From Chiloscyllium plagiosum (lineage: Eukaryota): DNA of 64,000 nucleotides. Under the pieces are notes generated by a model. That model was not told the origin of the DNA. It saw only the letters and a program-made list of their open reading frames with translations, and searched no databases. Within the stretch, counting starts at the first letter, position 1. Each line of letters opens with the position of its first letter. Positions 28,011 through 41,532 of this stretch are shown piece after piece. The stretch lies in NCBI RefSeq assembly GCF_004010195.1, contig NC_057750.1, forward strand, positions 551,340 to 615,339, read 5' to 3'. The position numbers and the translations under genes were made by a program.

Positions 28011-29126
28011 AGAAGGATGGTGACAGCGATGAGAGTGAGATAGCCTGGGTGTTACCTCACGAGGATGATCTCTAGCACAGGAAACTTTCTCTCATCATTA
28101 TAACGACTTCGATTAGTTTACCCTTAGCTAACTCCTATGCAAAGCATTTTGGTGCATCCAAGGTACTACATAAATGTGTACAACTTATCTTACTAACTAA
28201 ATACCATAAACATTCTCTGGTAGCAGCCTGTTCACAGACAGCCCTGTGGATGAATCAGCAGGATGTCATAAAGTGTACTGTTTTCATTTCCCAAGGTGGC
28301 ATTAGCTGAGCTGTCTAAGAGAACCAAGCTGCTGACTGTGGGTGAGATCAGGTACCTACACACCGTCATGGATCCTGTGACAGAAATTGTCTGTCCAGTA
28401 ATAACCGTACAATTCCCTTTTAACAGCTTCACAAATTATAGGGGAGATTTAAGATTGTTCGGCAGAGCTGAGACCCTCTTATCAGAAAGTCAATAAACAA
28501 TCAGGTTTAAGAACTTATGTGCAAGGAGGGACATAGTCCCAGTGTCAGAAACTATTGAAGTGTAAGGTATGGCAGACAGTAAAACAACAGCTTATATTAC
28601 AATAACAGAGCATATCATCATAGCAATGGTGCAGTGAGACTTGGCCAATGGCCTTATGACTGTTACATGAAAGATCCTTCAAAGAATCATCCTTGGGATA
28701 TGGGTCTTCCTAGCAAAGATTGACTTTATTGGCCGTCCCTAGCTGACCTTGTGAATGTGGCCAGGAGTCGCTTCCCTGACACGTTACTGGCTGTTGTTGT
28801 GAAGCTGTCGGCTTGCGATTATGATCTGGTGATGATGACTGATGGTTTGATGGCATTGAGGGGAGAGCAGGGATGTGGTACGGGAGGTTCAATGGGACCT
28901 AATGTTAGGTGCCCTTAAAAGTCACAGGTTGGGTCAGGTGTCACCATAAACGGAGAAGGGGAGAAAGATTCCTGTCAGAAATCAGGATGCATTCACCTGA
29001 CAGCTGCTGACACATCTGCAGCAGAGACTGAATCTGCATCCACTAGCATTGGATGATCATTACATGCCAGAACCCTTCAGTTTTCCTGTTCATTGCTTCT
29101 GGGCTGGGACTGCAGGAACAGATCGC

Positions 29127-29257
29127 ACACAACCACACAGACACATACACAGACACGCGCACACACATGCACACACGCACACACAAACACGCGCACACAC
29201 ACACAACCACACACACAGGTGCACACACAAACACACATATACACACACACAAACACA
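29127..29257. repeat. (CA)n-type microsatellite abutting an assembly gap
   Basis: Directly visible. Confidence 0.9.
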
Positions 29258-29930
29258 NNNNNNNNNNNNNNNNNNNNNNNNNNNNNNNNNNNNNNNNNNN
29301 NNNNNNNNNNNNNNNNNNNNNNNNNNNNNNNNNNNNNNNNNNNNNNNNNNNNNNNNNNNNNNNNNNNNNNNNNNNNNNNNNNNNNNNNNNNNNNNNNNNN
29401 NNNNNNNNNNNNNNNNNNNNNNNNNNNNNNNNNNNNNNNNNNNNNNNNNNNNNNNNNNNNNNNNNNNNNNNNNNNNNNNNNNNNNNNNNNNNNNNNNNNN
29501 NNNNNNNNNNNNNNNNNNNNNNNNNNNNNNNNNNNNNNNNNNNNNNNNNNNNNNNNNNNNNNNNNNNNNNNNNNNNNNNNNNNNNNNNNNNNNNNNNNNN
29601 NNNNNNNNNNNNNNNNNNNNNNNNNNNNNNNNNNNNNNNNNNNNNNNNNNNNNNNNNNNNNNNNNNNNNNNNNNNNNNNNNNNNNNNNNNNNNNNNNNNN
29701 NNNNNNNNNNNNNNNNNNNNNNNNNNNNNNNNNNNNNNNNNNNNNNNNNNNNNNNNNNNNNNNNNNNNNNNNNNNNNNNNNNNNNNNNNNNNNNNNNNNN
29801 NNNNNNNNNNNNNNNNNNNNNNNNNNNNNNNNNNNNNNNNNNNNNNNNNNNNNNNNNNNNNNNNNNNNNNNNNNNNNNNNNNNNNNNNNNNNNNNNNNNN
29901 NNNNNNNNNNNNNNNNNNNNNNNNNNNNNN
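29258..29930. other. Assembly gap (N)
   Basis: Run of n. Confidence 1.
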
Positions 29931-30548
29931 TCACAAACATTTGCAATGCACCCCCCCCCCCCCCCCCACCTGTTCTCCACAATTCTTGTGACCCATTAAA
30001 AATCCATCTGTCTCTTCCTTACATTTACTCAAGATCCTGGTATCCTCCATACTCTGGGAAGGGAACTCTACCTGATTCATGATCCTTTGAGAGAAATAAT
30101 TTCTCCTCATCTCTGTTTTAAATCTGTCACCCCCTTATCCTAAAACGATGACCTCTTATTCCAGGTTGACCCACATGAGGAAATATTTGCTCTATTTCTA
30201 GTTTGTCAATCTCCTGTAGCATCTTGTCTACCTCCATTGTATGTCTCCTCTCAATCTTCTAAACTCAGAGAGTTAAGCATCAACCACTCAATCTCTCTTC
30301 ATAAGACAAACCCTTTGTCTCTGGGATCAATCCAGTGAAGCCTCCTCCTATACAAGTGTATCTCTCCTCAAATAAGGGTCCAGCTACAGTCACCAAATTT
30401 AATTGGAAGGTCACTGCTTTGGAAGAGTGTAGGGAAGACTAAGAAGAGGAATCCACAGTGGAAATAGAATAAAAAATGAATTAAAATTGGAGAAGTTCAC
30501 CCTCAACAAACCAGATATGAGATGCTTAATGGAAGAACCCTCAAAATT

Positions 30549-30838
30549 GGGGTGGCACAGTGGCTCAGTGGTTAGCACTTCTGCCTCATAGTCCCAGGGT
30601 CCCAGGTTCGATTCCAGCCTCTGTGTGGAGTTTGCACATTCTCCCCGTGTCTGTGTGGGTTTCCTCCCACAGTCCAAAGATGTGCAAATCAGGTGAATGG
30701 GCCAGGCTAAATTGCCCATAGTGTCAGGTGCATTAGTCAGAGGGTAATGGGTCTGGGTGGGTTACTCTTCAGCGGGTCGGTGTGGACTGATTGGGCCGAA
30801 GGGCCCGATTCCACGCTGTAGGAAATCTAATCTAATCA
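30549..30838 (+). mobile_element. tRNA-derived SINE (HE1/V-SINE-like)
   Basis: Full head ggtggcacagtggctcagtggttagcac, ggttcgattcc box B and tctaatctaatc tail. Confidence 0.9.
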
Positions 30839-31301
30839 TATATTAAACTTTGCCTGAGATGAGGGCAATTTGAATCAGAGTGTAAAAGGGTGGGAATCAA
30901 CTAGAATGGAAGAATTCACATAGAATGAGCATTAGTAGAACAGCCAGGATGCAGAGACGATGGCTTTAATGGATATGATCGTTTTTGCTCATTCAAACTT
31001 TCTATTACGTTCTTACGCATCAAAGGACGAGAGAAATTGGAATCAGTGAGGAACAAACAGTGAGGCTCAGTTTCCACCAAGGTTGAAGTGTCTGGGAGGG
31101 ATTTATTATTAGGTGGAGACTGAGGGAATTGCTGATTCCATTGTGCATTAATTACTTCGAGCACTGGACAATCCCCTGTCTCTAAAGAGCTTGATCTGCA
31201 ACAAAGTGCTTCCAGCAAAATAATGTCACCTCAAAATACAACTCACTGAAGAGATTTGCCACACAACTTGTTGTCACGTGATATAATTCCTGTAATCAAT
31301 T

Positions 31302-31381
31302 AGAACATAGAACATAGAAGAATACAGCGCAGTACAGGCCCTTCGGCCCTCGATGTTGCGCCGATCCAAGCCCACCTAACC
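31302..31381 (-). mobile_element. 80-bp CR1 3'-terminal insertion with a 45-bp direct duplication
   Basis: Insert begins agaacatagaacatag, the reverse of the CR1 ttctatg tail. It is flanked by an identical 45-mer at 31257-31301 and 31382-31426. Confidence 0.85.
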
Positions 31382-32271
31382 TGCCACACAACTTGTTGTC
31401 ACGTGATATAATTCCTGTAATCAATTGTTAAATGTAGACCATTTGAAAACTATTGGCAGAGATTCCAGTGGACTAAAACTAGACAACAAACACAAAACCT
31501 TCCATCAGGCTTGAGAATTTTATGCCAAAGTTTATAAAACTATCTCATTCAAAGGAAAGAGAAAAGACACATATTGATTGCTGTAAGTTTAATTAGATTG
31601 ACTGTATGATATGCATCTTTAAAGGTCCTGTAATGGTAGGACCAGAATTTTCCAATTAATGCTATTGTTGGAATATTAAAAGAAACCTGCTGCAGTATTT
31701 ACTGTTTTCTAGTTGTTGATGTAGGTATTTCCAACATAAAATAACAAAACTTGCAAAAACAAGGAGATTGGTCACAAAGCAAGCTCCAAAGTTAGATAGA
31801 CCAAGTCTAAAATACACGAGTGAGAGCATTGGGATTGTGTAAATGTATAACCAGACTTGTATGGATTTATATCATCCTCCCTGAATAGTTGCCATAAAGC
31901 TGAAAATTACTGCTCCCAACAGACCTTGAGAAACCTGGATGTGTTCACTCAGTTATGGCCCTGTACTCAGTGAGCATAAAATTAATTACAGAATGCATTG
32001 TCCCACATTCATATTGAGGGAAGCAATGAGCCAGCTCCCCCACTGAACCACCATGGATTTGGGAAATTATTCGTCTCATTAGGTGCTTTCTGTTCTCTCA
32101 GCTCCTGGATTGCACAGAATTAAGTGGTGACTGCTTCAGTGAGATTCACATGGATTAAAATTCTCTTCTGTAGCTTTTCAAGTGGTTTGTACAGGTGAGC
32201 CATGACAAGAAATGAACACAAAGTGAGAAAGAAGGACATCACTGAATGGAATATTATCACTGTGTGCCATG

Positions 32272-32710
32272 ATCATAGAGTCATAGAGCCATACAGACCC
32301 TTCCAGTTAGCCAGTCCATGCTGAACGCAATCCCAAACTAAACTAGTCCCACTTGCCTGTTCCTGGCCCATAGCCCTCCAAACCTTTCCTATCCATGTCC
32401 TTATCCAAATCTCTTTTAAATGTTGTAACTGTACCTGCATCCACCACTTCCTCAGGAAGGTCATTCCACACACCAACCACCCTCTGTGTGTAAAGAATTT
32501 GTCCCTCACGTCTTTTTAAAAACTTTTTCTTCTCACCTTAAAAATGTGCCCCCTCATCTTGAAATCCCCCACTCGAGGGAAAAGACACCTGCCATTAACC
32601 CTACCTATACCCCTCAGTATTTTATAAATATCTATGAGGTCACCCCTCAATCTCCTATGCTCCAGTGAAAAAGGTCCCAACCTACCCAGCCTTCCTTTCC
32701 AACTCAAACC
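32272..32710 (-). mobile_element. CR1 LINE 3' fragment
   Basis: RLGRLGPFSLEHRRLRGDLIDIYKIL on the minus strand. Confidence 0.9.
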
Positions 32711-34100
32711 TAAAGACGATGAACACCAATGGAGGCTGGCTTTGTCTACACATGGACATCAGGGTGTCATTCTTGATTGGTCTCTCCTGTCCCATTGTAC
32801 CAATGTACTACCATACTCTTGACTTCTTAAACAGTCTTATGAATTTTTTTTTCAGTTAGTATGTGTGAGGTACAATTCTCCCTCACGCAGAGTGCTGTCG
32901 GCAATGAAACAGCATTGCTTGCGCTTTCCATGGATGTGTGAGAACTGAGCCCTGTAAGTCAGTAAACACCTTCTAATCTGCAAAACCAACCCATTGCAGC
33001 TGGTGTTAAGGGTGGTCCAATCTCCCAAACTAGGGAGGATGGGATCAATAGCAACATTATTCAGTGAGTGTTACTGGAGGATGAGAGAAGGACATCAAGA
33101 TAATGCTCCCTCTGAGTATACTTCTAACCCTCACAGTTTATAGAGGAGACAATTCTCTAGTGTTATAATGTTTTAATCCAGAGACCCAGGTAATATTCTG
33201 GGGACTCAAAGCTGCCATGGAATTTGAATTCAATCAAAAAAATCTGGAATTAAGAACCTAATGCTAACCATAACTCTAGTGCTGACTGTTAGGAAAAATA
33301 AAGACCATGGGACACGACCCTCCCATTAAACCGACCACCACTTGTTAAAGAAGTATTACAGTGCAGAAGGAGGCCATTCAGCCCATCAAGTCTGCATCAT
33401 TTCTTCAAACAAATACCATTCCCCACTTCAAGTCTCCTCCCTTCCATCCCATACCATCACCCATCACCTCTCTTCTAATAACCATCCAATGCCCCTCTTC
33501 AATGTCTCAATTGAACATTTCCTCCCCTACATTTCCGGGCTGTGCATTGCAGACCTGAGTTATTCACTGTCTGACTCAGTTTTGATTTGTATAACATTTA
33601 CTTCCTTTGCACATCATGCTGACTCCAAATCCTCGGGCATGTGCTTCTCAAGGACAATGTCAACCATCACTTTCAGTGAGCACTGGATCCAGACACAGCC
33701 ATTGTCAACCTGCCATCTGATCCATAAAGCAGGCTTTTGAAAAATGACCCTCTTCCCTTTCTTCAGTAATTTCTTTTCAATGTTTGAACAGAGGCATTAA
33801 GCTTTGAAGCAGGATAAGGAATGATTTTTTTAACTGAACTAATGTAGAGTGACAGCCCTAATCCAGAATAGTGACCCCATGTATCGATAGAGCTGTGTGG
33901 ATAAATTTATATTGATTGAATGACATTTAACAGCGCAGCTGTCAAAATGGTAACTTTGAAGTCTTTATTTGATTACTGTGCACAAATAGACAAGGTGAAG
34001 AGTTAAGTAAACTGTTCCTGTTTCCAGACATTGCTGTATTATGTCAGCTAGGTATTCCCTTTAGGAAAGCCATGGGTGATTGTAGATGAGAAGCATTATG

Positions 34101-34600
34101 NNNNNNNNNNNNNNNNNNNNNNNNNNNNNNNNNNNNNNNNNNNNNNNNNNNNNNNNNNNNNNNNNNNNNNNNNNNNNNNNNNNNNNNNNNNNNNNNNNNN
34201 NNNNNNNNNNNNNNNNNNNNNNNNNNNNNNNNNNNNNNNNNNNNNNNNNNNNNNNNNNNNNNNNNNNNNNNNNNNNNNNNNNNNNNNNNNNNNNNNNNNN
34301 NNNNNNNNNNNNNNNNNNNNNNNNNNNNNNNNNNNNNNNNNNNNNNNNNNNNNNNNNNNNNNNNNNNNNNNNNNNNNNNNNNNNNNNNNNNNNNNNNNNN
34401 NNNNNNNNNNNNNNNNNNNNNNNNNNNNNNNNNNNNNNNNNNNNNNNNNNNNNNNNNNNNNNNNNNNNNNNNNNNNNNNNNNNNNNNNNNNNNNNNNNNN
34501 NNNNNNNNNNNNNNNNNNNNNNNNNNNNNNNNNNNNNNNNNNNNNNNNNNNNNNNNNNNNNNNNNNNNNNNNNNNNNNNNNNNNNNNNNNNNNNNNNNNN
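34101..34600. other. Assembly gap (N)
   Basis: Run of 500 n. Confidence 1.
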
Positions 34601-34959
34601 CTGCACAGATTTCATATGATCAGGTACCTTTCAGAGAGTCATTCTGTGGGCCTTCTGTGTTTGTTTTTGCTCTTTATATCCCAAAACATCGGATTGTCTC
34701 ATTAGTTTGAAATCATCAAAACATTAAAATTCAAATTCAATTGGATTTTGGTATCTTGGGGCATAATTTAAACTGATCAGCTAAATTCAGATTTGTTGTG
34801 TTTCATAGTGATAGCTCAACTAGTTGTTTCACAGCCAAATGTTACATTTTTAAATTTTTCAACACATTCTGTGCTTGTTAAGTCCTTGCCAGCTTTCACT
34901 CTCTCTTAATGGTACAGTATACACTACACCTTCATAACAATGCATAATGGTAGACTATG

Positions 34960-35280
34960 TGATAACATGGGCTGGTGTGTGTGGTAGGGAGTTGGGACAT
35001 GGGGGAGTTCAGGCCCTACAATTATTGAACTCGATATTGAGTCTGGAGGTCTGCAGGGTTCCCAAACAGAAAATGAAGTACTGTTCTTCCAGCTTACACT
35101 GAGCTTCACTGGAGCACTGCAGTAAGTCTGAGATAGTGATGTTGGCAGGGGACAGGGTGAGGTGTTGAAGTGGCAGGCACTGGAAGCTCAGGGTCTATTT
35201 TTCCGGCCAACATGTAGATTTTCTACGAGGCAGTCTCCAGCTCAAGCTTCATTACCTCAATGTAAAGGAGACCACGTTGT
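34960..35280 (-). mobile_element. Degenerate PLE (Neptune-like) C-terminal fragment
   Basis: Reverse complement aagctggaagaacagtacttcattttctgtttgggaaccctgcagcc parallels the KLEEQ..IFRLGTLQP end seen at 22490-22540. Confidence 0.65.
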
Positions 35281-35289
35281 GAGACATGT

Positions 35290-36090
35290 TGAAATGTATC
35301 AAGATTTGGACAATATCCAGGCTTGGGCTGGCAAATGGCAAGTAACATTCACGCCACAGAACTGCCAGGTCATGACCATCTCCAATAAGAGACAATCTAC
35401 CCATTGCTGTTTGACATTCAATGGTGTTACCATTACTGAATCCCCCATGACAAGTATTAATCAGAAACTCATCTGGGCTCACCACATAAACACAGTGGCT
35501 ACGAGAGCATATTGAGCCTGGAAACACTGCAGCAAGTAACTCCCCTCCTGACTCCCCAAAGCCTGTCCATTGTCTACAAGGCACAAGTCAGGAGTGTGAT
35601 GGAATACTCCCCACTTGCCCTGGATGGGTGCAGCTCCAACAACACTCAAGAAGCTCAACACCATCCAGGACAAAGCAGCATCAACAAACACCCACTCCCT
35701 CCATCACCAACGCTTAGTAGCAGCAGTGTGTATTATCTATAAGATGCACTGCAGAAATACATCAAAGATTCTCAGACAGCTCCTTCCAAACCCACGACCA
35801 CTTCCATCTAGAAGGACAAGGGCAGCAGATACATGGGAACACTACCCCGTGCAAGTTTCCTTCCAAGCCACTCATCATCCTGACTAGGAAATATATCGCC
35901 GTTCCTTCAGTGTCGCTGGGTCAGATTCCTGGAATTCCTCCCTCAGGGCATTGTGTACTGACAGCACATGGACTGCAGAGGTTCAAGAGGGTGGCTCACC
36001 CCCAGCTTCTCAAGGGGCACCTAGGAACAGGGTGATAAATGCTGGGTCAGCCAGGGACACCCACATCCCACAAACAAATATAAAAAAAAG
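35290..36090 (+). mobile_element. LINE (CR1/L2 clade) 3' fragment
   Basis: QDLDNIQAWAGKWQVTF, YKAQVRSVMEYSPLA and TTLKKLNTIQDKAA; A-rich end. Confidence 0.85.
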
Positions 36091-38029
36091 TAGTCTGTAA
36101 TATCTCCTGACTCCTGAAATGTGACCCAGTCACTTCCATTCAAGTGCATAAGCACTTAAATAAAACAATGATTTGAATTCATAGTCCCACTTCAAAGAGT
36201 ATAACTGCTTGGAGCTGTGAATCAAACTGTGAAATTATAGCCATCCTGCTGTGATAAGGGAAGATTGTGAAATCTGACATGCAGCAGCCCAGTAACTGGT
36301 GTCCCTATGTGGCCATACAGAGTGAAATAACAAGCAAAAATACCTTTAAAATATTCCAACCAAGGTTTGTTTAAAACAAAAGACCGCTGGAGGTTTAAAT
36401 ATCTTGACACTTTGACAGTTCCTTTCAAGATTTGCATTTCGAACTTTTCACACTCGTTTATGATCGGTCTGTTGGCAGTTCCAATCAGACGGACAGTTAA
36501 GGAGTTTTGGCACTCAGAGGGTACTTTCCCACTTCTAATGGGGTCTTAGAATCATATCCAAAAGGTTACCTTGCCTTTGGAATGGGTACCGCAGCTATCC
36601 ACATCAGCCTGTGTGGGTTCTGACCTGCTCTGACCAGGTTTAATCTCTGCATTCCATCCACTTGGATCACTGAAACCAGATGAGTCTTGAGACAACCACT
36701 GAGTTACAGGGGTTTCACAATGTGGAGGATGTGAAATATAACCTTCCCCATCCATGGCTGCAGGCTGGATCTCCACCAAAGACCAGCATTTATTTTAATT
36801 TTTCTCTACAAGGTGGAAACTCTCCTCCTTAGTCCCAGAAGGGAACACACTGACTGTGGCACAGCCAGCACTAAGCATTTCCCTAAACTGAGGAGACTCT
36901 AACTCCCCTGGTTAATATATTTTTTTTCTTTCTTTCTTTTTATTGAAGGCCAGCATTTATTGTTAATGCTTAATTATCCCCGAGAATATGGAAAACAGCA
37001 TCAGGAGCTCTCGTATTGGAATGGATTTCTTTCTGTGCATCAGAAGGACAGCTCACATCTTGTCTTTCTGCTGTGAAATGGATTTTTGGGGGGTGTCTGG
37101 CTCAGACTAAATCAATATCTCATTAAGCAGCTTTCACAGCAATTAATCTGTTTCTTTGCTGGTGATAAATAATGAAATTTGACAAAGCTGCAAGCCGGGT
37201 TTTCCTGTGTCTGGGTTTAAGTACGTATAAGGAAACTGTCCCTCGATTTCCGTTCAAGTCTAACCTCTGAGTGGAAAGGGCTTCCCTCAGTGTTTTTTAA
37301 TGAGCCACATTTCAAAGACTTTTACTTCCTGAGTGTAATTCACCTCAGCTCCTGGCCAGTCCCCAGTTTTGGAGAGGAAGCTGTTTGTCCAGCACTACCA
37401 TTTGTCTGAGATAGTCATTCTTTAAGAAAGACTAATGATTCTGTGACAGGTTTCACATTTTAGGAAGTCCCAAAGCCCTTTATAGCCAATAAAATCTAAT
37501 CTAGACTCTGATGCTGAAAATGCAGCAAGCAGTTTTAGTGCAGTGAGCTCCCAGAAAGAACTATAAGGCTAACGGTCAAATTGCCGCAAAGATTTAAACG
37601 TGGGGTAAAACTCTGGGAATGACCTCCCCAACTCTTCCTCAACACTGGATCTCCTCCCTCCGACTTGAGAGCGCAGTGGGAAAGACGATAAGACCTGGAG
37701 ATGAATATTCTGGTCATGTTGGACCACGGCTCTGGGACAAACAGAACAACTCAAAGTAATACATGCCATGCATACATTGCCTGCTGTTTATCTTCTGGCA
37801 GAGCAGATAGGGTCCGGGTCCACTCTGAGCCACAGCAGCCCCTGATGATGCGGCAATCCTACAGCAATCCTACTCTGGTCTGGAATTATATGTTTGAATC
37901 TCTGACAAGGATCTGGATCATGCCATTCAGACTCAGAGGCTGAATATGCTGTTCAGATCTCCCTTGATACAAGTTGATGACAAGTCGATACAAGCTGCTG
38001 CATTCTTTCTCATGGGATTATTTGCATTA

Positions 38030-40010
38030 TTTTACCATGGGATGTGGGTGTCACTGGCCGGACCCAGTATTTATTGCTCGTCCCTAGTTGCCCCCTTGAG
38101 AAGGTGGGGGTGAGCTGCCATCTTGAACCGCTACAGTCCATGTGCTGTGGGTTGACTCACAATGTCCTTAGGGAGGGAATACCAGGATTCTGACCCAGAC
38201 ACAATGAAAGACTGAAGGTATATTTTTGAGTCAGGATGGTGCATAGCATGGAGAGATTCAGGCAAGTGGAGAGTATTCCATCACATCCTCACCCTGTAGA
38301 TGGTGACAGGAATTGGGAGACAGGAGGGGAATTACTCACAGCAAGATTCCTAGTTTCTGACCTGCTCTTGTAGCCACTGCATTTATACGGCTGATCCAGT
38401 CCTGTTTCTGGTCAATGCTAACCACCAGGATGTTGACTGTGGGGTATTCAGTGATTGTAATATTCTTGAATATCAAGGAGCGGTAGTTAGATTCTTTCTT
38501 GGTGGTGTGGTCATTGCCTGGCATTTGTGTGGTACGAATGTTACCTTCCACTTGTCAACACAAACCTGGATATTGTCCAGATCTTGTTGTATTTGAACAT
38601 GGGCTGCTTCAATATCTGAGAAGTCAGGAATGGTGCTCAACATTGTGCACTCATCAGCAAACATCCCCACATCTGCACAACCACCTGATGAAGGAACAGT
38701 GCTCTGAAAGCTAGTGCTTCCAATTAAACCTGTTGGACCATAACCTGGTGCTGTGATTTTTTAACTTTGTACACCCCAGTCCAACACCGGCACCTCCAAA
38801 TCATCATCCCCACTTCTGACCTTATGATGGAGGGAAGGTCATTGATGAAGCAGCTGAAGATGGTTGGGTCTAGGACTCTACCCTGAGGGACTCCTGCAGA
38901 GATGTCCTGGAGCTGAGATGACTCACCTCCAACAACCATAACCATCTTTCTTTGTGTCAGGTATAACTCCAGTCATCAGAGAATTTCTCCATCTGATACC
39001 CATTGATTCCAGTTTTGCCGGGGCTCCTTGATGCCACACTTGGTTGAATGCAGCCTTGATGTCAAGGGCTGTCCCTCTCCCCTCCCCTCTGGAATTCAGC
39101 TCTTTTGTCCATGTTTGACCCAAGACTGTAATGAGGTCAGGAGCTGTATGACCCTGGGGGATTCCAAACTGGGTCTCACTGAGCAGGTTATTGCTGAGCA
39201 GGTGCTGCTTGATAGCTCTGTAGATGATATCCTCCATCACTTTAGTGGTGATCGAGAGTAGACTGATAGGGCGGTAATTGGCCGGGTTGGATTTGTCCTG
39301 ACTTTTGTGGACAGGACATACCTGAACAATTTTCCACATTGTGGGACAGATGCCAGTGCAGTATCTGTCTTGGAAGAGCTAGACCTGGAGAGTGGCAAGT
39401 TTTGGAGCATAAGTCTTAGGTGCCATTACTGGAATGTTGTCAGGACCCATAGCCTTTACAATATCCAGCAAATGTAATCATTTCCTGATATCATGTGGAG
39501 GGAATGGAATTGGCTGAAGACTGGTATTTGTGATAAGACCGTAAAACCATAAGACATCGGAGCTGAAATTAGGCCATTCAGCCCATCGAGTCTGCCTCAC
39601 CATTCAATCATGGCTGATAAGTTTCTCAACCCCATTCTCCCACTTTCTCTCTATCATCCTTGATCTCCTTTACAATCAAGAACCTATCTATCTCCATCTT
39701 AAATATACTCAGTGACCTGGCCTTCACAGCCTTCTGTGGCAATGAATTCCATAGATCCCCCACTCTCTGGCTGAAGAAGTTTCTCCTTATCTCATGATGG
39801 GGATGTGATGCTGGGGACCAATAGAGGAGGCACTTCTGACTGAAGGTTGTTGTGAAAGCTTCAGCCTTATCCTTTGCCCTGATGTGCTGGGCTCCTCCAT
39901 CTTTGAGGAGGGGGAGATTTGTGAAGCCTCCTCCCCCAGTGAGTTGTTTAATGCTCCCCCACCATTCAGCACTGGATGTGGCAGGACTGCAGAGCTTCAA
40001 TCTGATCCAT
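38030..40010 (-). mobile_element. LINE (CR1/L2 clade) ORF2 fragment with nested insertions
   Basis: NYRPISLLSI, ALDIKAAFNQVWH, GVPQGRVLDPTIF and MFADECT; interrupted at 38671-38804 and about 39535-39790. Confidence 0.9.
38671..38804 (+). mobile_element. 134-bp hammerhead-bearing mini-element (PLE pLTR-like, family C) with 9-bp TSD
   Basis: TSD CATCCCCAC at 38662-38670 and 38805-38813; contains cac-CTGATGA-aggaacagtgctct-GAAA-g-CTA-gtg at 38682-38716. Confidence 0.75.
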
Positions 40011-40282
40011 TGAAACTCTGTCTTAAATATTTACTGTTTAAAAGCTGGCCTCAGTAATACTGACCTTGAAGATTATCATAACCCCACTCACCCCAGTTCC
40101 TGATGTTGTTTAGAGAGGGGAGAGCCATGTGCTGTCCCCACCCACTGCCTATATGTGACTTCAAACCTGCATCAATGTGCTTTCCACTTGGGCTATAAGG
40201 TGGAGCTGGACACAGGAAGATTAGACCCATAATGATTAAACTCATGACTGTTAGGAAAAACAGTCATATCAGACTTGAAACA

Positions 40283-40660
40283 TTAGACCATAAGAAATAA
40301 GAGCAGAAATTAGGCCATTCAGCCCATTGAGTCTGCGCAGCCGTTCAATCATGGCTGATAAGTCTCTCAACCCCATTCTCCCGCCTTCTCCCTGTAATCT
40401 TTGCCTCCCCTTAACAATCAAGAACCTACCTACCTCTGTCTTTAATGTACTCAATGACCTGGTCTCCACTGCCTTCTGTGGCGATGACTTCCATAGGTTC
40501 CCCACCCTCTGGCTGAAGAACTTTCTCCTTATCCCTGTTATAAAGGACCTTCCCTTTACTCTGAGGCTGTGCCATTGGGTCCTAGTCTGTTCTGCAAATG
40601 GAAACATCTCCCCAACGTCCAGTCTATCCAGGCCTTTCAGTATTCTGTAAGTTTCAATGA
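40283..40660 (-). mobile_element. CR1-type LINE 3' fragment
   Basis: LIETYRILKGLDRLDVGEMFP...RRKFFSQRVGNLW. Confidence 0.9.
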
Positions 40661-41254
40661 GATTCTCCCAAACTCTGTTTCTCTTTCCACAGTTGCTTCC
40701 AGACCTGCTGAGTTTCTCCAACACATTCAGTTTTCACTTCCGATCTCCAGCATTTACAATATGTTTTAATGTCAGTGTTGGAGAGTGTTGGAGTGGCTCA
40801 GGGGGCCTGGACAATGCTAATACATTTGATGCAGAGGGAGACAGTGTCTGAGAAGCTGCAGAATTTGCTGAGCACTGTTTCTCTTGTTTTTAATCTCTAA
40901 TCAGAGGACTACACTAGTAGGAGATATTCAAAGGACCTATCCAATAGCTATCACTGTAAGCAGTGTCTGATGGAAGGTTGGGTCTATGGTATCTTCACTG
41001 TCTATGCTGACTTTAAAGGATTGAAGACAGATCTTCAAGAGCAGCTCTTACCTCTCACTTCCTGCTGCTGTCTGAAGCCTGAGGGGAAATTTTAACTTGT
41101 AACCCTGTGATTGGTTTGGCCTATCAGTGTGGAGGGAACCTGTAAGTTACTGGGTACCATTAACTGCCCCTTGTCCTGCCCTCTGTCCCAGCCCCAATAA
41201 GAATACTAATGAGTGGCTTGGAGACATGTTTTGTTCAGATGTTCAACACTCCAG

Positions 41255-41532
41255 GGAGGCTCAGAGGTTTGCTCTGCTGCCTCACAGCACCAGGGAGACA
41301 GTTTCAATTCCACTCTCGGGCGACTGTCTGTGTGGAGTTTGCACCTTCTCCCCACATCTCCTCCAGGTGCTCCGGTTTCCTCCAATGGTCCAAAAATGTG
41401 CAAGTTAGGGTGGGTCAGCCATTGGAAATGTGGGGTTGTAGGGTGGGTGTGGTAGGACGCTTTTCAGAGGGTTGTATTGACTCATTGGGCTGAATGGCCT
41501 GCTTCCTCACTGAAGGGGTTTTATGATTCTAT
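41255..41532 (+). mobile_element. tRNA-derived SINE (HE1/V-SINE-like), diverged
   Basis: ctgctgcctcacagcaccaggg...gtgtggagtttgcac and ttctatga tail. Confidence 0.75.

Noticed and set aside
29049..30082. ORFs of about 300 aa (also 34061-34705)
   Set aside because: They run through N gaps and microsatellite.
30549..30615. tRNA gene (and similar heads in other SINE copies)
   Set aside because: tRNA-like A/B boxes run into a SINE body and tail; these are SINE heads, not tRNA genes.
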